From the NCBI GenBank assembly GCA_964106645.2, contig OZ067045.1: a stretch of 64,000 bases of DNA; one strand, given 5' to 3'. The DNA is from Podarcis pityusensis (taxonomy: Eukaryota). Position numbers and translations under genes: made by a program. The notes beneath the pieces were generated by a model. That model had not been told where the DNA came from. It ran no database searches and saw only the letters and a list, made by a program, of their open reading frames with translations. Positions 1 through 12,012 of the stretch are shown here, piece by piece (position 1 is the first letter of the stretch; each line of letters opens with the position of its first letter).

Positions 1-559
1 GCAGATAACAAATTACCCGGGGAGGGGAGGGGGCAGAGATGGTACAGCCAGCCACAAAGGCAGCGACACGGGGAGGGATGAATAGAGAGACACAAAGCGA
101 TGGGGAGGGAGGGAGGAGTCACCCACTTAGAGTAAGGGAATCCCCTCCCCAAATTCCCAGTCCCTGGGGTGGCCTTCCTTAATTAATTAATATCCTCTTC
201 TTTCACCCCACTCAAGAGAGAACCCAGGAGTCCTGGCCTGTCCCACCCAGCGCCAGAAACAGCAGCACAAACTGTTTCCTCTTAACCACTAACTACACTC
301 TCCTCCCAGAGAGTGTCAGAAAGTCGTCCTGGGCCCGATCCTGCCTGCAATGCATAAGCACCCAGCGCAATGAATGGGAGCCACAAAGGGGCCCGCTCCT
401 CCCCTCAATTCCCATTCATTCATTCCTCCATCTGAACAGCTGCTTGCGCAGGAGACCCTCCTCTTCTCCGCGCCCCGCTCCGGGAAGGATGGGCTCCAGA
501 TCTCTAGGGCGCTTCTCCGTCTACCCCAGACGGGTTTACTCGGAAGCAAGGGGGTTGGG

Positions 560-1330
560 GATGAGCGGATAGATCAGGGATAAGCAGTGGGGAGCGGGGT
601 TCCTGGGGGTTCTGCGGGGATCCACACACCCCCCCCGCCAGTCCCGCCCAACTCCAAGAAGGGCGCAGGGAGAGCAGCCGCCTTCGCCCAGTTGGGCGCC
701 CACGAATCTAAAGGGGCTTCTTCCGGGGTGGGGGTTCCTTCCAAATTCGGCCGATTCTCCCCAGGCAGCACCCCCCCCGCCCGCCCCCATGCACCTCGTG
801 GGTCTGTTCTGTCCGGCCGTCGGAAGATGCGGAGAGTCTTTCGGCCCCCCGGGGGGGGGGAATGTGCGTGCGTCTTTGTTGCGCCCCCTCCCTCCACCAG
901 GCGAGGTCCGGCTGCAACTTACCGGGAGCGCCCCTCCCCGGGCCCCGATCCCGCGGCTGGGCGTCCTCGCAGGCAGCAGACGACGGCAGCCGCCGCCCGG
1001 ATCCCCTCCTCGCAGCTGCCGGGGAGGAGTCCCCGCCCCCGCCGGCCGGGCGGCCTCTCTCTCGGGCGCCCCCTCCCCGCCGCCGCCCAGCCAATCGCCG
1101 GCTCATTGGAGGCTCCTCCCGCTGCTGGGGGGCTGGGGGGGTGAGCCCGGCCAGACAATGCTATCGAGCGGAGCCTTGCCCGCCCCTCGCTGGGCTGGAG
1201 GGGTGCTAGGGGTCCCGGCCTCTGGGGGTCCCTCCAGGGTTGGCAGGGTTTTGCTAGCCTCGGACCTCCAAAAACCTGCTGCCCCCTTTGGAGCAAGAGA
1301 AGCCAGGGCAGCCAAATGGACCGTCACGTT
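560..1330. promoter_or_regulatory. CpG island promoter with GC boxes and an inverted CCAAT pair (1091-1095, 1105-1109); probably the promoter of the next minus-strand gene (RASSF2 by synteny)
   Basis: Very high GC and CpG density; GGGCGG/CCGCCC boxes; minus-strand donor CGG|GTAAGT at 922. Gene identity is inferred from the conserved PRNP-RASSF2-SLC23A2 order. Confidence 0.75.
923..1040 (-). other. Putative non-coding first exon (TSS approximate)
   Basis: Consensus donor GTAAGT at 922-917, downstream (minus sense) of the CCAAT/GC boxes. Confidence 0.5.
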
Positions 1331-1407
1331 GGTTAGGGACCCCCAGGGGTCTTCTAGTCCACCCCTCCCTGCGTTGCAGCTCCAGAATCCCCGAGCAAGG
1401 ACTTTTC

Positions 1408-2012
1408 TCGCCAGAGTGGTGCATGCTCTAGTTATCTCTCGCTTGGACTACTGCAATGCGCTGTACGTGGGGCTACCTTTGAAGGTGAGCAGGAAACTGC
1501 AATTAATCCAGAAGGCGGCAGCTAGACTGGTGACTGGGAGCGGCCGCGGAAACCATATAACACCGGTCCTGAAAGATCTACATTGGCTCCCAGTACGTTT
1601 CCAAGCACAATTCAAAGTATTGGTGCTGACCTTTAAAGCCCTAAACAGCCTCAGTCCAGTATACCTGAAGGAGCGTCTCCACCCCCATCGTTCTACCCGG
1701 ACACTGAGGTCCAGCGCCGAGGGCATTCTGGCGGTTCCCTCACTGCGAGAAGCCAAGTTACAGGGAACCAGGCAGAGGGCCTTCTTGATAGTGGCACCCA
1801 CCCTGTTGAACACCCTCCCATCAGATGTCAAAGAGAAAAATAACTACCAAACTTTTAGAAGACATCTGAAGGCAGCCCTGTTTAGGGAAGATTTTAATGT
1901 TTAATAGGTTATTGTATTCTAGTGTTTTGTTGGAAGCCGCCCAGAATGGCTGGGGAAACCCAGCCAGATGGGCGGGGTATAAATAATAAATTATCATCAT
2001 CATCATCATCAT
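1408..2012 (+). mobile_element. L2-clade LINE 3' fragment
   Basis: [19 protein letters not shown]...LHWLPV...FKVLVLTFKAL ORF2 C-terminus, followed by 3' UTR and an (ATC)n tail. Confidence 0.85.
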
Positions 2013-2199
2013 CTGCTTTGAAAACCCACAACGAAGGAGAGTCCGCCACATGGGGGGTTGGATGATCCTTTGGGTCCCTTCCAGACTCTCCGATTCTGTG
2101 ATTCCGAGAAAGTCCATCCCAATGTTCAACAGAAAATTTTGCCTCATGTTGAGTCACAATTTCCTTTCTTGCCATTGGAATCCAATGGCCATTTGTCAT

Positions 2200-2432
2200 T
2201 TGAGAAGACTGAGAGGGCCCGAACCAATGGATTCCAGTGAGAAGAAAGGAGATTTCCACTAAAGATTAGGAAAAACTTTCTGACACTAAGAGGCGTTCAA
2301 CAGTGGAGGAGACTCCCTTCACTGGAGGTTTCTAAACAGACCTTGGATGGTCACCTGTCAGGGATTCTTTAGCTGTGGTTCCTGCATTGCAGGGGGTTGG
2401 AGGACCCTGAGTCACAGCTCTACAATTCTGAT
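2200..2432 (+). mobile_element. CR1 LINE 3' fragment (a short CR1 tail also lies at 2050-2105)
   Basis: Degenerate CR1 ORF2 end (IRKNFLT), ggaggtttctaaacaga, and an attct(g/a)tg-type tail. Confidence 0.7.
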
Positions 2433-2826
2433 TGCCTCCTTTGTTACCTGCCCTCCTGTGCCCAGGTGACTATGGAGGAGCGCAGTTGCTCCACGGATGA
2501 ACCATGGATTCACAACTTTAATTAAAAGGGGAGCGGGTTAATAAAACATCAGCCAGATCTATGAACCTGGGGGAATTCATGCATCTTAATCTGAAGCTGG
2601 ACACAGACAGTGTAGGGGGGGGCTCTATTGTGCTGGTGGGGAAAGAGGAGTCCCACACCTGGGGAGCCACAAGGAAAATGCTGCTTTTCATAATCACAGC
2701 AGGAGCTACAGATGTTGGCAGAGCTTCTCCCACTAATGGACTTAAACATGCAAAACATCCTCTCCTATTGTTCTTTAGTGAACCCTTTTAAAATTACTGC
2801 TAGTCTTCCACAGAATGAACTTCAGG

Positions 2827-3870
2827 TTAATAATTTGTCAAGAATGTATAACTTGCTGTTGAAATGGAACACTCAGGATGAAATGGTGAAATCAGCTATG
2901 ATTAAATGGGCACAAGATGTCGGACATAATATAATGATGGCTGACTGGGAACAGTTATGGACCACAGGTATGAAATTTACGGCATGTAATGTCCTAAGAG
3001 AAAATTTAATGAAAATGATTTATAGGTGGTACATGACACCAGTCAAGCTTGCAAAAATCTATCATTTGCCCGACAATAAATGTTGGAAATGTAATGAGAC
3101 TGAAGGCACATTCTTTCACCTTTGGTGGACATGCCCAAGGATTAAGACATTCTGGGAGATGATTTATAACGAAATGAAAAAGGTATTTAAATATACCTTT
3201 CTGAAGAAACCAGAGGCCTTTCTCCTGGGCATGGTTTGCCAATTGGTGTCAAAGAAGGATAGAAATTTTTTTATGTATGCAACAACAGCAGCAAGAATAC
3301 TCATCGCGAAGTATTGAAAGACACAAGATTTACCCACCCGGGAAGAATGGCAGATGAAGTTGATGGACTATATGGAATTGGCGGAAATGACTGGCAGAAT
3401 CCGAGACCAGGGAGAAGAGTCGGTGGAAGAAGACTGGAAAAAGTTTAAAGACTATTTACAGAAATACTGTAAAATTAATGAGTTAGGAAAATGTTGGAAT
3501 GAACTTATATGGCTTTAGTAGAAATGTTATAAGGAATTAAGTATAAATAGATTAATAGAGTATTAAAGGGAAAAATAAGGTTAGAACATGTTAAGATAAT
3601 TATAGGATAGAAAACAGAGGAAGATGGAAAGGAATTGCTGAAACAATTAACAGAAGTGGAATACAAAAAGGGAGGTGTGAGGAGGTCATTGAAATAAGTG
3701 AATGAAAGATAAGATATTGAAACTGTTTGATGTGTTTTAAACTGTTTTTGTTTTGTTTTGTTAGTTTAATGTGTTAGTGTTATGTATTGTTTTTGTATTG
3801 TATTGTATTGTTTATTTTTTGTAGTGTTTAAATTGTTGGAAAAGTAATAAATATTATTTTTTTAAAAAAA
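2827..3870 (+). mobile_element. 5'-truncated L1 LINE (ORF2 C-terminus with CCHC motif, 3' UTR, polyA)
   Basis: CWKC...GTFFHLWWTC zinc knuckle; TSD (a)cagaatgaacttcagg at 2810-2826 and 3870-3886. Confidence 0.92.
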
Positions 3871-4276
3871 CAGAATGAACTTCAGGAAACCCAAGTTAGA
3901 AAAACTTCCCAAGGTTATCTACCAATAAAAGAGGTGCGTTGACATTAATTCTGCACACTTTTGAAGTTCCCGCATGGTGCCTCTGAGCTGAAATAATTCG
4001 CAGTATTCACAATCATTCATGTATGAGCTGATTGCCCTCCATATCAAGTATCTAATTGCAAGGAAGTAAAACCCTCTGTTTTATTTTCCTCCACAAAGGG
4101 CTGTTTTCTTATTGCCATTAGTTTGGCCTTCTTTTCTACGGTGTCACATTAAACATTCATTAGAACTCAATTTGTGCAAGTCGCATCCAGTATTGTTGCC
4201 CAAAATATTAACAAAAGAGCCAAATATTTCCTCTGGGAATAGCTAAGTTATTGTGGCTCTTGAAAACGGATCCTAA

Positions 4277-4281
<5 letters not shown>

Positions 4282-4318
<37 letters not shown>
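4282..4318. repeat. (CA)n microsatellite
   Basis: Seen directly. Confidence 0.95.
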
Positions 4319-4319
<1 letters not shown>

Positions 4320-5747
4320 AGCTAATTATTGCATAAGTTGGGGCCTTGGTGGCAAAGAAGTGAAACGACTAACAGGAATGGATGAGAAACTGTTAAGTCA
4401 GCTGTCTTTATAAATTGTGAACTATTTCTAGAGAGCCAGCTCATGCAGGAGACAGCCCTGAGAGGGAAGCTGGTAATATTTCACACACGGCATGTGCCTG
4501 GACTAACAACAGGTTTGTTTTTTTGTGGGGAGTGGGGCTAACTCCCACTTGGAATGAGAAAGCCAAATGGAAGAGAGCATTATCAGACAGCCTTTGTTTC
4601 AGAAAAAGCTATTCGAGGCCTGTTTCAGCATCCTGCAAACACATCACTCTTGAAATACCAGTTTTTACTCCATCTTTATTGTCCTTTGAAATAGAACCAG
4701 GGCTGACCCAACTCATTAGGCACTGCAGGAAACTACTTGGGATAGAGACGTGGGGGCTGTGCCCCCCTAGATATTTTCAGACTGCACCTTTCATCATCCC
4801 TGGTATGACAGGTGGAGGGGGAAGGGGGGAACAGGCTGCGGCTATGGGAACCAGGCAACAATTCATCCATCCCTTAATTTGACTAGATCAGCAACCCCAG
4901 GATTATTATTTGGGCGGGGGGTAAAGCAAGAGGTAGAAGGTTCCCTGGAAAACCCTTAATCCAGGGGTCATCTAGTGGCACTTCCTGCAGTGCAGGAACC
5001 ACAGCTAAAGAATATCTGGCAGTCACCACCTCATCAGGGCAGGGACTTGCCCTCTTGAACCCTGTAAAACATCACACACACACACACACACTGGTGGTGC
5101 TATATAAAGAATAGCATTTGTCATTGTATATATTCAAAAATAGTGGTGCAAGACCAAGGTGAGGTACTGTTTTACTCTGCAAGGCATTCAATATAGGATG
5201 ATGAAGCTGGTTCAATTTTCTGGATTTATATTTTTTTCTGGAGGCTTGCAGGGACGACAACCTCTGACTTTGCGTTTAATTATTTTGCTACACATTTTGT
5301 TCAGCACTTAATAACCTTAAGGCTAATGGCATCTTCATTCTGTAGGGGCCCTTGGTTGAAGTCCTAAGTGCATGGACTGCAAGAATCAATTGCATTAATC
5401 AAATTGATATGCACCATGCTGGGGGAAAACTGAAGTTAAAAAGCTCCAGGTTATTACTCAGAAGGGGACCGAAGGGTTACAGAGAGGCAAACGCAGTTTC
5501 CGGCTTTCCCTGATGTAGCTGTCCAAGGTTCTGCAGTCTACAGTACCTGTAAAAAGAAAAACCTGTTGAGTTTGCTAGCGTAGCACAGAGACAGAAAGAG
5601 CTCTCTGTCTCTGGGCTCTAACATCAACTACGTCTTATTAAACAAGCATTTGGAGTGAGCTGGCCATCTGTTCATCTTAATGTTGGTTCTTCTGTCTCAG
5701 AAGAATGACCACGACAGTCCAGTTGCAAAGTTGCATCTAGGTCAACT

Positions 5748-5753
5748 TTTATT
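5748..5753 (-). terminator. Candidate distal polyadenylation signal AATAAA of SLC23A2
   Basis: tttatt on the plus strand at the end of a U-rich block; another candidate lies near 8250. Confidence 0.5.
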
Positions 5754-8700
5754 TATACTGAACAGCTTTTAAAAATACAGAATAAAATAGCATTTATCTA
5801 CTATTATTCACAACATCTGGTCCAAATATTACATATTTCTTAAATATTTCAACGTTTAATAAAGCAACGTTAGAAAAAAATATCCCAACAAAACACAACA
5901 AAATTCATAAAAATCTCAATAAAAGAATTACACATCTCAGAGAAAAAACCCAACTTGGTTTGTAACATGAGATTGTGCAGTCAAAAGTCATTCACCAAAA
6001 AAAACCTCATGGGAAAAAGAATATTATTATTTATCCCCACTGTCTAAAAAACAGTCAAAAGAGTTTGTTACATCAAAAGTTGTTATTATGAACAGACCAA
6101 AGAGGAGAAAAAGAAGATGCACTAGAGTTTGGATTGACAGCAAGATGGTTCACTTGGAAAGATGTCAGGCAATACACAAGGGAATTCTCTGCTATCAAAT
6201 ATGTACTGATGACTAATCACAGCCACAAGCAAATTATAACCAGACAGGAATGTTTTTGATGCCACTCAAGGTGAATTCTCAATACTTAAAGCAGCCCAGC
6301 ACTATAACGGTTATAGAGACTAATGGGCAGAAGCTAAATACTGGTGAGCACGTGGCCGCCTCACAGCACAGATGGGAAAGGATCTACCACTACAAAATGG
6401 GAAGCCCCAGCAGTCTGCTCTCCTCTGTCCAGGCAGGTTAAGAAACTGTTTTGAGTGAGAAACTCCAGATAAGCACCATGCACCATGCAAAAGAAAACCA
6501 TACAAAATACAAATGGTGAGTGTATCTTGCTCCCAACGCCGCCTTCTTCTGGTGGTGAAAGGTTGGTTATTTTTTGGTTCAAGAAGGCCACTGGAGAAGA
6601 GGGGGGGGGGGGAGGCCATTTTGTGCTGGTCTGTCATGCATATTGAGATATGAGTTGCGTCGTCACTTTGGAATGCAGGCACACGTCCGATGGCACAGGG
6701 CTGCTTCTCCACTTTATGGTGTAAAGAGAAAGGAGGCTGCTTCTGGGCACTAAGCAAAGGGGAAAGTGGGATGGGAGTCACCTCTGAGGCTCTGCCCCTT
6801 GCATCTAACAAAAGGGAAGGGAACGGGGGTCGAGAACCAGATGGCCTGTTTTGAATTTGGGCCTATCGAAACCCCAAGTGTGTACAAGCAGCCTTATCAT
6901 ACGCCTTCCCACAAACACCTTCACTAGGCTGGGTTATTCTTCTTTCTGGGAGGCAAAAGCAGCCAAATAGAGAGGAAGGGCCTTCAGCAGCTGCATCCTT
7001 GGAGCACCTTGATATATGTGGAAAACATACTTCAGCCAGTGAAGTAGGCTCAGGCTAGCCAATGGCTTTAAACCATCAGCTCCTGAACCATTAGGCTCTC
7101 CCCAATTCCTCCCATCGACTCCTACAGGAATCGTTTAGGAACCCTACCTGCAGAGTTCATGGCTGGGATTGGGCTGAAAGCAAGGAGGCACCAAGGTGAA
7201 AAACAGAAAGGGCGAGTGGCTCTAAGGATGCTCCTTGTCCTTAACCATAACATGGGAAGAAGCCTGAAGTTATGCATGCCATCAGAATTTGGCACTTCAT
7301 AGATGATAGAAGGCTAGAGCCTAACTGTGCCATCAGTGAGAGGTTGACATGTTTTGGTCTGATTGCTTAATCTTTGCATCTGATTAGCATCTCTTTCTAA
7401 TTCTCAACCAGAGCCGGCCAGAGACATTTTGGTGTTTGAGGCTGAACATCCAAAAGGCGTTCTCAACCTCCTGACTCCAAACATATACAAAATAATTAAC
7501 GCAGCAAGGTTCTCCTTCACAAGCCTCATGGAAATGAACAGCAGCCGTGCAAGAGCACAGTTAACCCCCGTTCGCTTCAAGGAAGTAGGAGAACGTCCCT
7601 GTGGATTGTTCCCCCGGGGGCCAGGGTGCGGATGCCTCCCACAGTGTCACCCGCTGAACAGGAGTCAGAATCAACAGCTACTCTGTCAGATGGCCACGCA
7701 TCTGGTCTCATGGTTGGACCTGCTCTGGGCTCAACATGTTCCATTGCTAGTACACAAGCAATGCTGTTACCGGTACCAATGTTTTCAAGAGAGAGGTGAT
7801 CAATAACTTCTCTCTGTTTTTACTTAAAGGACATAAGCATGGGTAAATAAAGTATAAACAATCGCTAGCAATTCGTCAATGAAGAAATTCTATCACATGA
7901 CATTGTCATGACAATCATATCACTCCCACCCAGGAAACCTGTGACAATTATTATCCTGGGTGGAAATGTTACTCGTTGGGTGTGGTTTTTTTAAGTCTAT
8001 GGAAATAGAATACTGCAATATTCATGTACAAAGTTGCCATATTGAAAGTTAGTATTAAAGGATGTTAAGACAAATCGACTGTGTAAATTTAAAAACTCCT
8101 TCCCTGATGCATCTTATTCTGATTAATACTTTTTTTTCAATCACAGATAAAATTAACCATTAAATATAAATTCAAGAGGCATAATTTTATAAGACACATT
8201 CATAAATCTTAGCCAGAGTACTTAATTAAAAAAAAAATTAACATAGGTTTTTATTTTAAATACAAAAACTCAGAAATTGTTTTGCTTTCAATATACGTTT
8301 CTAGATCTTTGACATGACAGTGATGGTTTAGTCATGAATATTTATTTCTTTTAACTGAAATTTGTCAGTGATTTCCCCCAACCTCTCTCATAAGGTGATC
8401 TGTCTGGGCAGAATTGCTTAATAGCAGAAAGACAGGAGGCTACAATAAGCACACAATTCAAAGCATCACTACCTTGTTCTGACTTCCTTCCAGCTAGGAT
8501 ACATGTAAGGAGCTAACCGTTCTTTGCTCTCACACAATACTGGGATCTACTCCAAACACAAGCATATATCTGGTTGGAGCCCAATGTCTGGTAGCTGAAG
8601 TTCATACACCACTTTGAAAGGTTAACAAGAGGTACATCAAATACCTTCCCTTAATTGAAATTCACAGGCCTTGGAGGTTATCCAGAAAAATGAGTTTTCT

Positions 8701-9560
8701 GAATTCTCTCTTATGAATACAGTCCTAAGCCATTTTGATCCCAGAGTTGGACAAGGCGAAGATTATGGTTCTTCCCACTAATTAACACAGGTGCCATCTG
8801 CCAGAAGGTCATGTGTCCAACATCACTGAAATTAATGGGAGCTGTGAAAGAACACTGCTGTGCTCTTTTGCTTTAATGGTGCTTGACTCCCATCTCCTAC
8901 TCTTAATGATACCCAAGACCTGTTATCTCACTACACTTTCCTATCTTGGACTCTCAAAATTCTCTCCAAAGTTAAAAGCATGCTTTCTTCTCAGGACAAC
9001 AAAGTATTCTTCCCACAACTGCGAAAGCACCTGACCTTCTGGATGCTCTGCATCCAAGCTGTCAAAAATCTTTTCTAAAAGCAGCAGCAATTGCAATGCC
9101 CTCTTGTGGTTGCTTCTGCAAGAGAAAACCCGCCACGGCCTTCGCTTTAACCACTTTGCCTTTCAAAGTGAACCTGTCTCGTCTCTCTCAGAATATATGT
9201 ATAAATGGGGGCGCAGAGTAAAGTGGACTGCACTTGTAAACACTGCAAGACTCTGGAAACATTTCATTCCATAGCTCTACATCCCAGGAGGGCAGTAGAA
9301 CTCCATTTTAAAAACTCGCGTCATTTGCACCTCAGAAGTGAGACAAGAAGGTTGGGTCACTTGAACGCCTCTTTTCCTGGCTTCTGTGTGATGTATGGAC
9401 TAGCTCTTAGCTGCATGTCCCTCGAAGAGAAGTTTAGCAATAAACATAGTCAAGCGGCTACTGAAGAAGTTGGGTGCTTACCTTGCCGCAGTTGTCAGCA
9501 GAATATGAAAGCTACTCAAGATAGCTGTAGCCACGCAGCTGGTGGCAGGGCACATGTAAC

Positions 9561-9622
9561 AGCCCAGATTTCTTTGGGCCCAATCTATTGGAGCCCAGAT
9601 TGCGCTGGGCCCAATCTATTGG
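9561..9622. repeat. 31-bp tandem duplication with internal inverted repeats
   Basis: agcccagatttctttgggcccaatctattgg / agcccagattgcgctgggcccaatctattgg. Confidence 0.85.
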
Positions 9623-9813
9623 AGATCTACTCCTTTACTGAAGCAAAAGGGGAAGTTGTGGAAGAGTGTTATTACAGTAGTGTATCACATTCAGTGACAT
9701 CTTCAGTTCTGCTATAAACAAACAACTGGCACCTTAGCAAACAAAAATGACCCAAACAAGAATATACTAAATTCTGACAATGTTATGAATACACAACATT
9801 TGCCTCTCTGATG

Positions 9814-9935
9814 CAGCCTTCGACAACCTGGTGCCCTCTAGATTTTGGACTACAATTCCCATACGGCCAGGCTTGCTGGGGCGGAAGGGGATTGTAGCAC
9901 AAAATATCTGGAGGGTGCCAAGTTGGCGAAGGCTG
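9814..9935. mobile_element. hAT-type MITE in the putative 3' UTR
   Basis: TIR cagccttcg...cgaaggctg; 8-bp TSD ctctgatg/ctctaatg. Confidence 0.8.
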
Positions 9936-11776
9936 CTCTAATGTGTGCGGAAAATCTTGGCTTTGGCATTTTGCATTATTATAAGCCACCTATAGGGGGC
10001 GGTTCCTTTCCACCCACCTTTTCTTTGGTTGCTCATAAAATAAAGGTGGAAAGCAAACATGCTGCCCCTGTGCTTTTACTCAGAAGTAAGTCCCACTGCG
10101 CCCAATGGAGCTTAATCCTAGGTGAGTATGCACGGGATTGTGGCCTTAGTTTCTGAAGCTCATGCAACAGCCCCGATTTAACCTTTTTAAAAAATTTAAA
10201 AGCAGCTACTTTTTGGGCTGGTTTTCATGATACCTAGTTTGAATCCAAGACAGCAAACTGCTGCAAGGTCTCTGAGGAAAGATCAGAGAGGGGATATAAC
10301 CCTGATGTGAAAAGCTATACAATGAAAATGTCACTGAAATGGTAGGAAACACCCACCATCTGCTGATTGCCTTCCCTTCCCCGCCATTCAATACTGATAC
10401 ATCAAAGCTCCTTACACCTTTCTCAAACCCTAATAGCCTCAGTAATCAACAAGAGTGGCTTTATGCCTCTCATGCTCAAGAAACTGACAACAAATGTACA
10501 GTACCTGCTTTGGGAACTAAAAAAGAAATAGAGATACAAAACAGGAGCACCTTAGATCACACCGACTTTGAGAGTACAGGCTTTGAGAGAAGACTTACCC
10601 TAATGCCTCTCTAACAAATCTTTCCACAGCTTCAAAAATGCCTTTTGGGCCACATCGGGGGGGTAGGGGGACAACAATAAGAAAGGAACAAAATGCTGAT
10701 GTCTAAAAACTAATCTGCAACAGTAAGAACATTACACAGGAATAATTTTTTTTACAATTATAAATGCATGATGAGCATTAACAGCTATGTAATGTCAGAG
10801 CCAAGACTAGTAGAAGAAAAAAATCAAGAGTCTGAATGGCACCCACAGTGGGCCCCCGATACCCGTTAAACCACCCAGTGGACAGTGATGCACACATGGT
10901 CTCTCTTGTTTTAAAAGCAGGTCCCATGTTAAGCTCAGAAAGGGAGGAAAACACAAAGGCAACATTAACTGAAGGATGTTTCTGGGACAGGCAGAACTGC
11001 ATGAAGCAGGTCAGTACGAATCCAGAGACAACCAGATAGTTCCGTTCTCCATTGAGAAGTAGTGAATTTGGCTGCTTAATAAATATCACTTTTAAAACAC
11101 TGGCCTGCAGGGATGCAAGACAGTGAGCTGCTTAGGCAATCTGTCAGGTTCAGGGATGTGCAATTTGACGACAACCAGAGGCAAAGCCCCAGTCAACCCT
11201 GTCCACAAAAGGTGCTCAGCTAGGACTCGTTAAGCACCCCAGAGCCATGTCACTTTCTTAGGAACAGAAACTTGTGCAAAGGCACCACTTGTCGGTACAT
11301 CCAATACACAATGCTGGGAAGCTTTGAAAGCACTGTCGAGTATGGAACACTTTGGTATAATTTACCAGAATAATGCCAACAAATGACTGGGGGCTTATGA
11401 GAGTTAAATAAAAAAATGGAATGTATCAGCTATAAAATGGGAAAGACACAGCCTGCTTAAGCGCCGTGTTTACAATATTTACCAATTTTGTATCTGGATT
11501 AAACGTTGAACAGTAATTGCCCCGCCAAAATCAGCAAAAGCAATTCTAACAGTACTTCTTAAAAACAAAACAAAAAGCACAACGTAATTATAGAGAGACG
11601 TTATAGATAGCTATCACTGTCCACAATTGGAAAGCTATTTTTTATAATCTGTTTCGGCTCTGGTTCCAGAATTCAAAATGCAGAAATACAAAAAACATAA
11701 AACAAAACAAGGTCAGCAAGGAACTGCAGAGGTGTCTGTCACTGCAGCTGGTCGACAGGGGCTGCAGCAGCAGGGG

Positions 11777-12012
11777 CTATACAGTGGCCTCCGAGTCCTC
11801 TTCCTCTGTGCTCTGGCAGCCACTGTTTTGCCTGAAGCCTTTCCATGTGTAGCCCATGAAGGTGGGGCTGATGGGTAAAAAGCGGAAGCATTTGTACTTC
11901 CTCACAAATTCCATGCCAAAAGGCAAGTCATAAGTTTCCATGCCATCGATGGATTTGCTGCCTTTGCACACTCCTTTCTTCCATTTCTGGATTCCTCTTT
12001 CTTCGGGGCTTC
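11777..12012 (-). CDS. SLC23A2: SLC23A2 last coding exon ([14 protein letters not shown]...EEEDSEATV, stop TAG)
   Basis: Acceptor AG at 12014-12013; TAG stop at 11779-11777. Confidence 0.95.

Larger units (their letters stand above)
5730..11776 (-). other. SLC23A2: Probable long 3' UTR of SLC23A2
   Basis: Repeat-poor stretch with U-rich blocks on the minus strand, ending at AATAAA (5753-5748); the extent is inferred. Confidence 0.55.

Noticed and set aside
316-1330. Many overlapping Pro/Gly/Arg-rich ORFs
   Set aside because: Expected artefact of a CpG island.
789-1904. 371-aa ORF that looks like a novel fusion gene
   Set aside because: The N-terminal part is stop-poor GC-rich CpG-island sequence that happens to be in frame with an L2 ORF2 fragment; there is no sign of a real protein.
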